DNA of 64,000 bases from an uncultured Candidatus Saccharibacteria bacterium (lineage in GTDB: Bacteria; Patescibacteriota; Saccharimonadia; Saccharimonadales; AWTP1-31), in NCBI GenBank assembly GCA_964643545.1, contig CAZXTE010000003.1, positions 52,463-116,462 on the forward strand. The letters are read 5' to 3'. A program made the translations under genes and the position numbers. Shown here piece by piece: positions 18,822 to 28,398 of the stretch. How positions within the stretch are numbered: the first letter of the stretch is position 1; every line of letters starts with the position of its first letter. Below the pieces are notes generated by a model that was not told the origin of the DNA, made no database searches, and saw only the letters and a program-made list of their open reading frames with translations.

Positions 18822-19265
18822 CTAGTTCAGGTTGCTTTTTGTGAATACGCCGCCGCTCTCGTAGGTCGCTGATAGGGTGTATTTTGTGCAGTCTTTTGCG
18901 TTGTTGTCGCAGTCGGTGTCATCGCTCGCTTTTACGGCGTAGCTGTAGACGTTCTTTGCAGGTTTATCTGCCAGCGCTTGCAATAATGCCTGCGGATCAC
19001 GCAGTACATCTGCGTCGAGACCCTTCATGCTAGTAGCCCGCCACTTCTCATCGTTTAGGTTCGCGAGGGTAGGATACTTTCCGGCTTGCGCAAAGTAAGA
19101 CTCTACCTGCGCATGAAGTGTTTTGATGTCATTCTGACGTTCGTTGTCACGATCTTTCTGCTTGAGACTAGAAAAGGAGGCAATCACCAAGCCAGTAAGA
19201 CCACCTACAACCAAGATCACGATGATTAACTCGATAATGGTGAAACCGCTTTGTCTTGTTTTCAT
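18822..19265 (-). CDS. Type IV pilin (prepilin-type N-terminal cleavage/methylation domain)
   Basis: GGAGGA SD lies 7 nt before ATG 19265. MKTRQSGFTIIELIIVILVVG is the class III signal (G/FTxxE). Confidence 0.9.
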   Translation of the reverse strand: MKTRQSGFTIIELIIVILVVGGLTGLVIASFSSLKQKDRDNERQNDIKTLHAQVESYFAQAGKYPTLANLNDEKWRATSMKGLDADVLRDPQALLQALADKPAKNVYSYAVKASDDTDCDNNAKDCTKYTLSATYESGGVFTKSNLN

Positions 19266-19390
19266 CAAGAAATCCTCCAAATATATTTCTTCACGTGTAC
19301 CCTATGATTATAAGCGTAAGCAAACAATGGTCAAGTTACTTTGAGTGCATACTAATAACTGCTAAAGTACTAGGGTATAAGCACGAGCAT

Positions 19391-19638
19391 TCTATGAGGG
19401 TACAAAAACACATCTACACACTTCTGTCTGTTGTTCTGCTGCTGGCTTCAGCGGTGTATATTGTATTGCCTAGACACGCACAAGCTGCCACTACATTTAC
19501 GGTAACATCTACGGGTGATCAGTCCGACACTGATTTAGGAGACAACCTTTGTGATGTTGGGGGTGGCGTCTGTACGTTACGGGCTGCTATAGAGCAGGCA
19601 AATGCTACAGCGGGTGCCGATACAATCGAGTTTAATAT
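19391..19638 (+). repeat. 248-bp perfect direct repeat, copy 1 (5' end of surface-protein gene)
   Basis: Compared base by base with 22240..22487 and found identical. Identity starts 3 nt before the ATG and stops abruptly after GAGTTTAATAT. Confidence 0.9.
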
Positions 19639-22186
19639 TGTTGGGCTGGGACTGCATACAATTCAGCCACTTACTGCTCTGCCCAATATTACAGATACGG
19701 TTATCATTGATGGCTACACTGAGCCTGGTTCTACGGCGAATTCGGCAGCATTTCCATTGCCTATGAACGGTACTCTGACAGTAGAACTGGACGGCAGTAA
19801 CTTACCACTAGATAGCAGTACCTGGGGGCTTAGGGTCAATGCAGATGATTCTGTAGTCAGGGGGCTTATTATCAATAACTTCGGCAATAGTGGCATCATT
19901 GTGGACGCCAATGGTTGTGTTGTGCAGGGTAACTACGTGGGGACTGATGAAACAGGTATGTTTGATGAAGGCAATGGACGTGGGTATGCATTGGGTTCAA
20001 TTGCCAACGGCATATTTACTGTGGCGGGTGCGAACGGTATGGTCCTGGGGGGCGTGAACCCTGAAGACAGAAACATTATTGCGGGCAACCAAGCAGGAGA
20101 CATATTTATGGGTGCAGATAATGGGACCGCACTTAATCATAGTGTGATACAGGGGAACTACATCGGTGTTGGTGCTAATGGCGTTAAGCCACTACCCTCG
20201 GGGTATGCTTTGGGTCTAGGAAATGCAATCCTGATGGAAGGTACACACTATACCCTCATAGGTGGGACTGATTCTGGAGCGGGGAATATAATTGGCAGCT
20301 CTTCTGAATACGGTATTGGTTTTCGTGAAGGAGTAACTAATACAACCATTCAGGGTAATAAAATCGGCACGGACTACACAGGTTCGCAGCTCATGACACA
20401 CACTTTAGGTACTGGCAATGCCCAGGCAGGAATACATGTCGGTATTGTTTCTAATGCCGGTTATACGCTGAAATCACACGACATACTTATAGGCGGGACG
20501 ACTGCTTCCGCGCGAAATATTATTAGTGGCAATAACAACGCGGACTCTAGTTACATTGCCGGAATAAGCCTTAACGATGGGGCGTACAACGTTACAGTCC
20601 AAGGGAATTACATTGGCACTACAAGCAGCGGATTAAGCACTTTGCCAAACGGAACAGGCGTATTATTGGATACATCTGACCCAGCTTCTTATCAACAGGC
20701 ATACGATAATACGATTGGTGGCAGTTCAGCTGGTGCTCGTAATGTCATTTCTGGTAATAAGGGATGTGGGGTTTACCTAAATGGGCCGGGTGTGACTAAC
20801 AATACGTTCAGGGGAAATTATATAGGCTTAGGGGCTGATGGTAGCACGATGGTGTCGAACGGGGAAGATGGCGTGCGGATATTGGACGGTCCTCAGAACA
20901 ATATGTTCGGGGGTGACGCAGTAGGTGAGGGTAACACCATCGTTTCTTCGACGGGCAATGATAGCTCCGCGGGTGCGGGAATTATTGCCTACGGCAGTAC
21001 TAGCAAGAATTCCTTTATCGGGAATTCAATTTACGCGAACGCTGGCCTTGGTATAGACCTGAGCCCTAAGGGTCTAACCACTAACGATTTATATGATGCT
21101 GATTCTGGCCCGAACGATCTATTAAACTACCCAGAATATACACAAGTGAACGAAGTTGGCGGTGACACAGTAATTAAGTATAGGGTTGATGTCCCTGCTG
21201 GCCAGTATAGGGTTGAATTCTTCTCTAACACGTTGGCCGACCCGAGCGGTAATGGTGAGGGGCAAACGTATTTGGGTTACGAGAACATTCTTTCAAGTGG
21301 ACCTGGATATGTAGCTCATGAGTATACGCTTGTTGGTCTCACAGGAGCCGTCAACCTAGCCTTGACTGCTACAAAAATAGATGAAGGATCCCCGACAGGC
21401 TTTGGTGTCACGAGTGAGTTTGGCGGTTTTGCAGCTCCTATTGCGGACATATCCATCGCAAAGGACATAATAAATCCTAGTGAAGTGGCGCGTGGGGCGG
21501 TTATTGACTATGGTTTAACCATGACGAATAACGGGCCAGACACCTTTGACTTAACACAGCACAGTACCCTGTTTGGTAGTCCTCCTCTGATTGTTGACTT
21601 TGCGCCACCCGACCTAGTTGCAGCCAACCGCTTGAGCGCCGGGCCGTTACAGGACAGTTTCTTTATAGACGTTGGCAACTCCGATCTTACGTGTCTTTGG
21701 GCGGGCCCGGCTTCAGCTGGTCAATATTCTGGAATAATTACATCTACCAACTATTCAGTCACACTCTGTTGGTATACGGGTACATCAACCACTGAGCTGA
21801 TCAGCGGTAGCTCTATTTTCGCTAGCATCTCATTCACCGTTTCTAACGAGTCCTCACTGGTGTTTACGAACTACGCTGTTACAGGAACGCAAAGTAGTGA
21901 TCCAGATTACGCAGCAATAACGGACATATTCAACTCGGGGAATGATATTCTGGAGGAGTATATTGCATCGAATGGCTCCATCAACAACTTTGCATCAGCT
22001 GTCTACCCTGTCCCCGTCACGCCGACACAAACCACGCAAGCCAACGCCAGCAATAACGGCGCTCTGGGCACCACTGGCCAAATTATGTACTCCTGGCAGA
22101 TGCTCGGTGTCTTCCTGGTCTCCACCGGTCTGCTTGTCCGCCAGTGGCGCAGGAAACGCTATGCTGTCTACTCTCTAAGAGCATAG
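19394..22186 (+). CDS. Giant surface protein: signal peptide, CSLREA-type N-domain, parallel beta-helix repeats, DUF11 domain, C-terminal sorting signal
   Basis: Signal peptide ...RHAQA/ATT and CTLRAAIEQAN (CSLREA motif). Many GN.IG..... beta-helix turns (IQGNYIGV, VQGNYIGT, FRGNYIGL), TNNGPD (DUF11), and a terminal LGTTGQ plus TM plus RRKR. Confidence 0.85.
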   Translation: MRVQKHIYTLLSVVLLLASAVYIVLPRHAQAATTFTVTSTGDQSDTDLGDNLCDVGGGVCTLRAAIEQANATAGADTIEFNIVGLGLHTIQPLTALPNITDTVIIDGYTEPGSTANSAAFPLPMNGTLTVELDGSNLPLDSSTWGLRVNADDSVVRGLIINNFGNSGIIVDANGCVVQGNYVGTDETGMFDEGNGRGYALGSIANGIFTVAGANGMVLGGVNPEDRNIIAGNQAGDIFMGADNGTALNHSVIQGNYIGVGANGVKPLPSGYALGLGNAILMEGTHYTLIGGTDSGAGNIIGSSSEYGIGFREGVTNTTIQGNKIGTDYTGSQLMTHTLGTGNAQAGIHVGIVSNAGYTLKSHDILIGGTTASARNIISGNNNADSSYIAGISLNDGAYNVTVQGNYIGTTSSGLSTLPNGTGVLLDTSDPASYQQAYDNTIGGSSAGARNVISGNKGCGVYLNGPGVTNNTFRGNYIGLGADGSTMVSNGEDGVRILDGPQNNMFGGDAVGEGNTIVSSTGNDSSAGAGIIAYGSTSKNSFIGNSIYANAGLGIDLSPKGLTTNDLYDADSGPNDLLNYPEYTQVNEVGGDTVIKYRVDVPAGQYRVEFFSNTLADPSGNGEGQTYLGYENILSSGPGYVAHEYTLVGLTGAVNLALTATKIDEGSPTGFGVTSEFGGFAAPIADISIAKDIINPSEVARGAVIDYGLTMTNNGPDTFDLTQHSTLFGSPPLIVDFAPPDLVAANRLSAGPLQDSFFIDVGNSDLTCLWAGPASAGQYSGIITSTNYSVTLCWYTGTSTTELISGSSIFASISFTVSNESSLVFTNYAVTGTQSSDPDYAAITDIFNSGNDILEEYIASNGSINNFASAVYPVPVTPTQTTQANASNNGALGTTGQIMYSWQMLGVFLVSTGLLVRQWRRKRYAVYSLRA

Positions 22187-22239
22187 TTCCATCACTCGAA
22201 CGTATCTGTTAAAATACAATAGACATAACGCTTATGTTG

Positions 22240-22487
22240 TCTATGAGGGTACAAAAACACATCTACACACTTCTGTCTGTTGTTCTGCTGCTGGCTTCAG
22301 CGGTGTATATTGTATTGCCTAGACACGCACAAGCTGCCACTACATTTACGGTAACATCTACGGGTGATCAGTCCGACACTGATTTAGGAGACAACCTTTG
22401 TGATGTTGGGGGTGGCGTCTGTACGTTACGGGCTGCTATAGAGCAGGCAAATGCTACAGCGGGTGCCGATACAATCGAGTTTAATAT
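22240..22487 (+). repeat. 248-bp perfect direct repeat, copy 2
   Basis: See copy 1. Confidence 0.9.
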
Positions 22488-24591
22488 AGCCCCACTCGAT
22501 GGGGGCGTGAAGACGATCGTACTTGATAACTCAGTCTTGCCAGACATTACCTCTGAAATCACTATAGACGGCTATACCCAAGACCCTACAGTAAGTGAGC
22601 CAAACTCTGCTGTTGCACCTAATCCATTTAATGGAACGTTGCTAATTGAACTTAATGGGCAGAATACGCCAGATAACGATGCTTCGGCAGGGCTTTTGCT
22701 AAACACAGGTTCGGATAATAGTGTAATAAAGGGTCTTGTCATAAATCGCTTCCCAGGGTCTGGTATAGGGATTAACCCTGGAGTAGATGGAGTAATAATT
22801 CGGGGAAATTATGTTGGAACAGACCCAACTGGAATGATCGCGCGACCAAATAAAAGAACGGCTATTAATACATTCAGTTTAGCTGTTGATAGTGGCGGGC
22901 CAACTAATGGACTGCTTGGTGGTAGTCAACCGGCTGACCGTAATATACTGTCGGGTAATTCGTGCAGTTGTGCTGACCCAGCTAAGTACCCGCAAGGTAT
23001 TTCGATTGCAGGCGGTGCAAATAACTGGGTTATTAAAGGCAATTATGTTGGTGTTGCTTCAGATGGCGTAACTGCTATGGGCAACGATGCAGGGGGTATA
23101 ACGGTCGATTATGTTAATGGTCTTGTGCTCGGTGGATCCGAAACAGGGGCGGCGAATATATTTTCTGGCAATGGAGATGGTGGGATCCAGCCTGACTACA
23201 CAACGAACATGGTTATTCAGGGCAACTACATAGGGACTGATTATACCGGTACAGTGCCCGTTCCGAATGCGTCAAAAGGTATATCGGTAGCATATGGCAG
23301 CAACAATATACTAATTGGTGGTGATCAGCCCGGGGCAGGTAATATAATTGCAAATGCACCTAATGGATTCCCTGGGGTGTATACAACGTCTGCCATGTTT
23401 GGCCAGCCAGATACGGACAACATTTCTATAATCGGGAACTCAATATTTAATAATGACTCATTGGGGATAGACGTTAACCTCGATGGCTTAACACTAAATG
23501 ATCCCCTAGACTCCGATTCTGGTTCAAATGGCCTTCTTAACTACCCAGAATACTCTTCTGTTACTGAGTCTGCCGGCAATACCACAGTTGAGTACCGCCT
23601 GGATGTGCCTGCGGGTAATTATCGCATAGAATTCTTCTCTAACACTGCCGCAGACCCTTCTGGTAAAGGCGAGGGCGAGACATACCTCGGGTTCCAAAAC
23701 ATCAGCCATGCCGGCGGTGGTGCAGAGTTCCGTACCCACGTATTAACCGGTGTCACTGGGGTAACGAATTTGGCAATGACAGCAACGCAACGAGATAATT
23801 CGGCAGATGGCTTTGGTGCAACCAGTGAGTTCGGTGGCCAATATACTCCTGTTGCGGACGTATCCGCCACAAAGACCCTTCTAAACCCTCAAGATGTAGC
23901 GCAGGGTGCAACAGTTAACTATGATGTCGCCATAACTAATAATGGGCCAGATAACCTAGACCTTACAGAATTCACAAACGTAGGCGCTGGTCCACCACTT
24001 ATTGTGGATTACGCGCCGCCAGACCTAACTGCTGCTAACCAGCTGGCTGCAGGTCCAGCACCGGATAGCTTCTTCATTGACGTTGGTAATCCTGACCTTG
24101 CATGTCTTTGGGCCGGCCCTAACTCAGGCGGCCTATATATAGGCCTTACTACATATGCCGACTATTCTCTAACGTCCTGTTGGTATACAGGCGCTCTTAC
24201 TGAGCTTGCTCCTGGCAGCTCCATATCATCCACTATTTCTTTTACAATAGCTAATGACTCATCTTTGGTCTTCACAAACTATGTCGTTGGAGGAAATCCT
24301 GCTACAGATCCAGACAGCGCTGCGATTGGTGCGATATTCACGACTGGGGATGATGTTCTGGAGATGTTAATAGCTTCGAGTGGCACCATAAACAACTTCG
24401 CCTCTGCAGCCTACCCTGTCCCTGTCGCGCCCACACAAACCACTCAACCCACCGCTAACAATGGTGCTCTTGGCACCACCGGCCAGATTGTGTACTCGTG
24501 GCAGATGCTAGTTGTCTTTTCTATATCCACCGCATTGCTAATCCATAAATGGCGAACAACAAAAACTAATACATATAAGATAATTCGCTAA
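22243..24591 (+). CDS. Paralogous giant surface protein (CSLREA / beta-helix / DUF11 / sorting signal)
   Basis: Same architecture as 19394..22186, and the first 82 codons are identical at the nucleotide level. An alternative ATG lies at 22234. Confidence 0.85.
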   Translation: MRVQKHIYTLLSVVLLLASAVYIVLPRHAQAATTFTVTSTGDQSDTDLGDNLCDVGGGVCTLRAAIEQANATAGADTIEFNIAPLDGGVKTIVLDNSVLPDITSEITIDGYTQDPTVSEPNSAVAPNPFNGTLLIELNGQNTPDNDASAGLLLNTGSDNSVIKGLVINRFPGSGIGINPGVDGVIIRGNYVGTDPTGMIARPNKRTAINTFSLAVDSGGPTNGLLGGSQPADRNILSGNSCSCADPAKYPQGISIAGGANNWVIKGNYVGVASDGVTAMGNDAGGITVDYVNGLVLGGSETGAANIFSGNGDGGIQPDYTTNMVIQGNYIGTDYTGTVPVPNASKGISVAYGSNNILIGGDQPGAGNIIANAPNGFPGVYTTSAMFGQPDTDNISIIGNSIFNNDSLGIDVNLDGLTLNDPLDSDSGSNGLLNYPEYSSVTESAGNTTVEYRLDVPAGNYRIEFFSNTAADPSGKGEGETYLGFQNISHAGGGAEFRTHVLTGVTGVTNLAMTATQRDNSADGFGATSEFGGQYTPVADVSATKTLLNPQDVAQGATVNYDVAITNNGPDNLDLTEFTNVGAGPPLIVDYAPPDLTAANQLAAGPAPDSFFIDVGNPDLACLWAGPNSGGLYIGLTTYADYSLTSCWYTGALTELAPGSSISSTISFTIANDSSLVFTNYVVGGNPATDPDSAAIGAIFTTGDDVLEMLIASSGTINNFASAAYPVPVAPTQTTQPTANNGALGTTGQIVYSWQMLVVFSISTALLIHKWRTTKTNTYKIIR

Positions 24592-24683
24592 CATTTTGTA
24601 CATAAGCAGTTAACTTGTTGCCGGACTTGCTATACTATCTGAACACAGAGAGAACTAAGCTAAGGGTAGCAAAGGGGTAGAGG

Positions 24684-25715
24684 ATGGCTGACAAGAAAAC
24701 GGACAATGCTAAAAGCAACAACGCCGAGTCTGACGGCAAGAGTAAGGCGCTCGGTTTGGCGCTAGACAGTATTGAGAAACAGTTTGGCAAGGGCTCCATT
24801 ATGAAGATGGGTGACTCGTATGCGACTAAAGTAGAATGTATTCCGACAGGCAGTTTATCGCTCGATCTTGCGCTTGGCGGTGGTATACCCAAAGGAAGAA
24901 TCATAGAAATTTATGGCCCGGAATCGTCAGGGAAAACGACTCTAACCCTTCATGCTATTGCCGAAATACAAAAACAAGGCGGTACGGCAGCGTTCATTGA
25001 CGCAGAGCATGCGCTTGATCCAGCGTATGCAAAACGAATCGGCGTAGACGTAGAAAACCTCTTGCTTAGCCAGCCCGACAACGGCGAACAGGCACTCGAA
25101 ATTGCCGAGACCTTGGTGCGCAGCAATGCGGTTGACCTGATTGTGGTTGACTCGGTTGCAGCCCTGGTGCCACGTGCCGAGATCGAGGGAGATATGGGCG
25201 ATAGTCATATGGGCCTGCAGGCTCGGCTTATGAGCCAAGCACTTCGTAAGCTAACGGGCGTTATTTCACGTTCAAACGCTACGGTTGTATTTATCAACCA
25301 GATTCGTATGAAGATTGGGGTGATGTTTGGTAACCCAGAAACCACCACAGGTGGTAACGCACTCAAGTTCTATGCATCAGTTCGCATGGACATCCGTCGT
25401 ATTGCGCAGATCAAGCAAGGCGAAAGTATTATTGGCAACCGAACTCGTGTAAAAGTTGTTAAGAACAAAATTGCTCCGCCGTTTCGGCAGGCAGAGTTCG
25501 ACATTATGTATAACGAAGGAATATCCAAGGCAGGTGATGTGTTGGACCTTGCGGTAACACACGAGATTGTCGAAAAGTCCGGCGCGTGGTTTGCGTATAA
25601 AGGCGAGAAGATTTCCCAAGGGCGAGAGGCCGCCAAGGTGTACCTGGTTGCAAATCCAAAAGTGCTCGAAGAGATTGCAAAAAAAGTTACAGAAGCCGCC
25701 GCAAAAGAAGCATAA
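24684..25715 (+). CDS. recA: Recombinase RecA
   Basis: KQFGKGSIM, Walker [10 protein letters not shown], and the L1/L2 loop regions ([30 protein letters not shown]). Confidence 0.98.
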   Translation: MADKKTDNAKSNNAESDGKSKALGLALDSIEKQFGKGSIMKMGDSYATKVECIPTGSLSLDLALGGGIPKGRIIEIYGPESSGKTTLTLHAIAEIQKQGGTAAFIDAEHALDPAYAKRIGVDVENLLLSQPDNGEQALEIAETLVRSNAVDLIVVDSVAALVPRAEIEGDMGDSHMGLQARLMSQALRKLTGVISRSNATVVFINQIRMKIGVMFGNPETTTGGNALKFYASVRMDIRRIAQIKQGESIIGNRTRVKVVKNKIAPPFRQAEFDIMYNEGISKAGDVLDLAVTHEIVEKSGAWFAYKGEKISQGREAAKVYLVANPKVLEEIAKKVTEAAAKEA

Positions 25716-25770
25716 GAACTACTTGCATTCTTGTAGCAAAGTCGTATAGTACGTCCATAGATCTAATGCT

Positions 25771-26112
25771 ATGAGCGGAATCCTTCATCCTAATCAACAA
25801 CCAAACGCACATTTACTCATCGGGCGACAACCGCATGGGTTGGTGCCTGACGCAATGCTCGCACATCTAATAGGCGTTCCGCTGCCGGTCTTTGGCGATG
25901 CGAGGCATGAACGTGGGGCTGAGTTATATGAATATGCAGTTGGCGCACCGCTTGCGGAGCTTGATGTTGTGCGTGTCGAAACGTTTGACATTATAGAGGC
26001 TCTTTCTCACCGTAGCCATGCGGCAGCTGAACGCTTTGAGCGTGAGGTATTGGGGCATGGACAGATGTTGCTACGCGTCTCACTTGGTCTGGGTTCTTAC
26101 GAAGTGCATTGA
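25771..26112 (+). CDS. Hypothetical protein (113 aa)
   Basis: The only sizeable ORF in the recA-downstream gap. No motif recognised. Confidence 0.4.
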   Translation: MSGILHPNQQPNAHLLIGRQPHGLVPDAMLAHLIGVPLPVFGDARHERGAELYEYAVGAPLAELDVVRVETFDIIEALSHRSHAAAERFEREVLGHGQMLLRVSLGLGSYEVH

Positions 26113-26136
26113 TACAAATACGCTATACTGTCCTGT

Positions 26137-26706
26137 ATGAAACGAGCAGTAATCTTGCACGCTATGGAACAAAATTCTCAGGGCCACTGGTACCCATGGC
26201 TTAAGGCTGAGTTAGAGAAACGTGGGTACGAAGTTTTTGTGCCGAATTTACCCAGCCCGAAACTGCCAAGTACGGAGGAGATGACTGCTTACTTACTCGA
26301 TCAAACAGACTGGGATTTTTCAGACAATCTCGTTATTGGGCATTCCTCTGGCGCGGTTGAAGTTTTATATTTGCTGCAAGCTCTGGGCCCAAGGGTAAAG
26401 ATCAACTGCGGTGTGCTGGTCGGGTCTTTTGAAAAGCCAGTAACTGGTATGGAAGCGCAACATGCCAAGATGTTTAACACACCACTTAATTTTCAAGAAG
26501 CCAAGCTGCACGCGACAAGATTGCTTTTTGTTCATGGAGATGATGATCCGTGGTGTCCGCTCGAGGGCGCAAAACACCTAGCGGAGTTAACAGATGCTGA
26601 GTTGGTTGTAGTGCCTAGAGGTAAACATTTTAGTACCAGTCTAGACCCCGCCTATACTGAATTCCCGAAACTACTGCAAATTTTAGAAGAGCGAGACCTG
26701 GTTTGA
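26137..26706 (+). CDS. RBBP9/YdeN-family serine hydrolase (alpha/beta fold)
   Basis: ILHAMEQNSQGHWYPWL, nucleophile GHSSGA and VHGDDDPWCP match the PF06821-type pattern. Confidence 0.75.
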   Translation: MKRAVILHAMEQNSQGHWYPWLKAELEKRGYEVFVPNLPSPKLPSTEEMTAYLLDQTDWDFSDNLVIGHSSGAVEVLYLLQALGPRVKINCGVLVGSFEKPVTGMEAQHAKMFNTPLNFQEAKLHATRLLFVHGDDDPWCPLEGAKHLAELTDAELVVVPRGKHFSTSLDPAYTEFPKLLQILEERDLV

Positions 26707-27152
26707 CGGGTTTTAATCACGCCGCAACGGGAGCTATTTTAGCGTTGACCATAAAACAGCCAGCGCTTGTTTTGCCTCTGGCGTTTGTTTCGCACCTTGT
26801 GTTGGATTCTGTACCGCACTTTGGCGTGGGTGAGAATCAAAGAGAGGTCTCCAAATCTGCCGAGCGGATGTTATGGTCGGATATTATTCTTGTGCCCAGT
26901 TTTTTTATTGCCATGTTGCTTATTACGCAAAACTGGCTAGTTATAGCGGCAATGCTGATGGCAATTTTGCCAGATCTTATCTGGTTTCCTTCTTTTGCTG
27001 CAAATCATTTCTTTGGAAAATCATTCAAGAAACCAGCCGATCCGTTCACGCGTTTCCATAGTTGGATCCAATGGGGTGAGCGACCGTGGGGCTGGATCAT
27101 CGAAATTCCGTACAGTTTTGTTGCAATTTTTGTGCTGACAGCGCTACGCTAG
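26703..27152 (+). CDS. Membrane-bound metal-dependent hydrolase-like protein (DUF457/YdjM-like)
   Basis: TTGA overlap start. N-terminus GFNHAATGA...SHLVLDSVPH and 3-4 TM helices. Confidence 0.5.
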   Translation: MTGFNHAATGAILALTIKQPALVLPLAFVSHLVLDSVPHFGVGENQREVSKSAERMLWSDIILVPSFFIAMLLITQNWLVIAAMLMAILPDLIWFPSFAANHFFGKSFKKPADPFTRFHSWIQWGERPWGWIIEIPYSFVAIFVLTALR

Positions 27153-27157
27153 ACCAT

Positions 27158-27763
27158 ATGAAAATTACTGCAATAAAACAACAGGTTAAGCGGCCGGACA
27201 GGTACTCCATCTTTGTGGAAGGAAAATTTGTGTTTGGCCTGAGCGAATCAGCGCTGCTGCAGAGCAAGGTTTACCTTGGTCAAGAGATAGATGCGAACGA
27301 ACTAGAGAGCCTCAAAGACGGGGCGACTTTAGACAAGGCGTATCAAGCATGCTTAGGGCTGATTGCGCGACGGCAGCGAAGCCACTGGGAAATGGAGACG
27401 TATCTACGTAGGAAAGGATACGAAATAGAATTGATAGAAAAGGTGATGAAGAAGCTCATCGCAAAGGGCTATGTTGACGATACTGCATTCGCTAAGGCAT
27501 GGCTAGACAACAGGCGACTGCTGAAACACATCAGTAAACAACGGTTGATTCAGGAGTTGCGGCAGAAACGAGTGGCCGATAGCATCATTGACACTGTTGT
27601 AGCGGCAGACACGGAAGAAGACGCGCACGTTCTTGCGGCATTGGTGTTACGCAAGCGCCAACAGTCGCGGTACAAGGATAACGTCAAGCTCATGCAGTAT
27701 CTTGTTCGACAAGGGTTCCGCTATGAAGATGTAAAGGCGGCGGTCCAGGACACGATTAGCTAG
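27158..27763 (+). CDS. recX: Regulatory protein RecX
   Basis: KRPDRYSIFVEGKFVFGLSE... N-terminus and three-helix repeats (RRKGYEIELIEKVMKKLIAKGYVDDTAFA). Confidence 0.85.
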   Translation: MKITAIKQQVKRPDRYSIFVEGKFVFGLSESALLQSKVYLGQEIDANELESLKDGATLDKAYQACLGLIARRQRSHWEMETYLRRKGYEIELIEKVMKKLIAKGYVDDTAFAKAWLDNRRLLKHISKQRLIQELRQKRVADSIIDTVVAADTEEDAHVLAALVLRKRQQSRYKDNVKLMQYLVRQGFRYEDVKAAVQDTIS

Positions 27764-28283
27764 CAACCGCGGGTGCGGGCATCCCAGCAGGAACTGGCTG
27801 AAGTGGATCCTGAATAACAATTTTCCGGTTTGTGATTTCGACAATCTGATTACGATCAACGCCTAAATTCCCACCGGTGACGCTCTTGATAATTGATTGT
27901 GACACGTAGATCTTTTGGATATATAGATCACCTAACTCGGTAGAAAAGTCACTCACTTTTCCGAGCCGTTGTTTGCTGGTGGTTACGACAGTTTTGCCGA
28001 GTAGTTCAAAATTAACACGCAAAGTTTCGCGTAAACGAATCAAATCCTCTGGATGAGCTAGTACATCGTGATCATTCACTACGATACCTACGGGAAGAAT
28101 ATCGCGAATATCCTGAGAAAGTAATATCAGTTGCAGCTTCTTGTCGACGGAGTCTTGGCAATAGAAGCCCTCTATCTTAAGGTTGTTTGGGTTAATGATT
28201 GGCTGCGTGACGGTGCCTATACGCCCACCAGTTCGGAGACTCATGACGGGCTTATTAAGGAGACTCTGGCTTAGTACTTGCAT
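27756..28283 (-). CDS. PRC-barrel domain protein (two PRC-like repeats)
   Basis: LLNKPVMSLRTGGRIGTV and LLGKTVVTTSKQRLGKVSDF are PRC-barrel-like beginnings. Start taken at MQVLSQS. Confidence 0.5.
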   Translation of the reverse strand: MQVLSQSLLNKPVMSLRTGGRIGTVTQPIINPNNLKIEGFYCQDSVDKKLQLILLSQDIRDILPVGIVVNDHDVLAHPEDLIRLRETLRVNFELLGKTVVTTSKQRLGKVSDFSTELGDLYIQKIYVSQSIIKSVTGGNLGVDRNQIVEITNRKIVIQDPLQPVPAGMPAPAVAS

Positions 28284-28398
28284 AGCTACAGTATAGCAAC
28301 CAGAGAAGCAGAGAACCAAAAAGCTTGTGTTTACAATAAAAATGTTTTGCAATATAAAAATTTAGTAGTATATTTTTCTTACATACGAGGGTAACAGT

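Noticed and set aside
19394-24591. Diversity-generating retroelement targeting the variable surface proteins
   Set aside because: There is no reverse transcriptase gene and no template-repeat/variable-repeat pair with adenine-specific mismatches in the window. The only long repeat is 100% identical.
24592-24683. Search for a LexA/SOS box upstream of recA (and upstream of the DUF457/YdjM-like gene at 26113-26136)
   Set aside because: Only an 8-bp AGTTAACT palindrome and a GAAC-N7-GAAC direct repeat are present. There is no convincing CTGT-N8-ACAG or GAAC-N4-GTTC inverted repeat.
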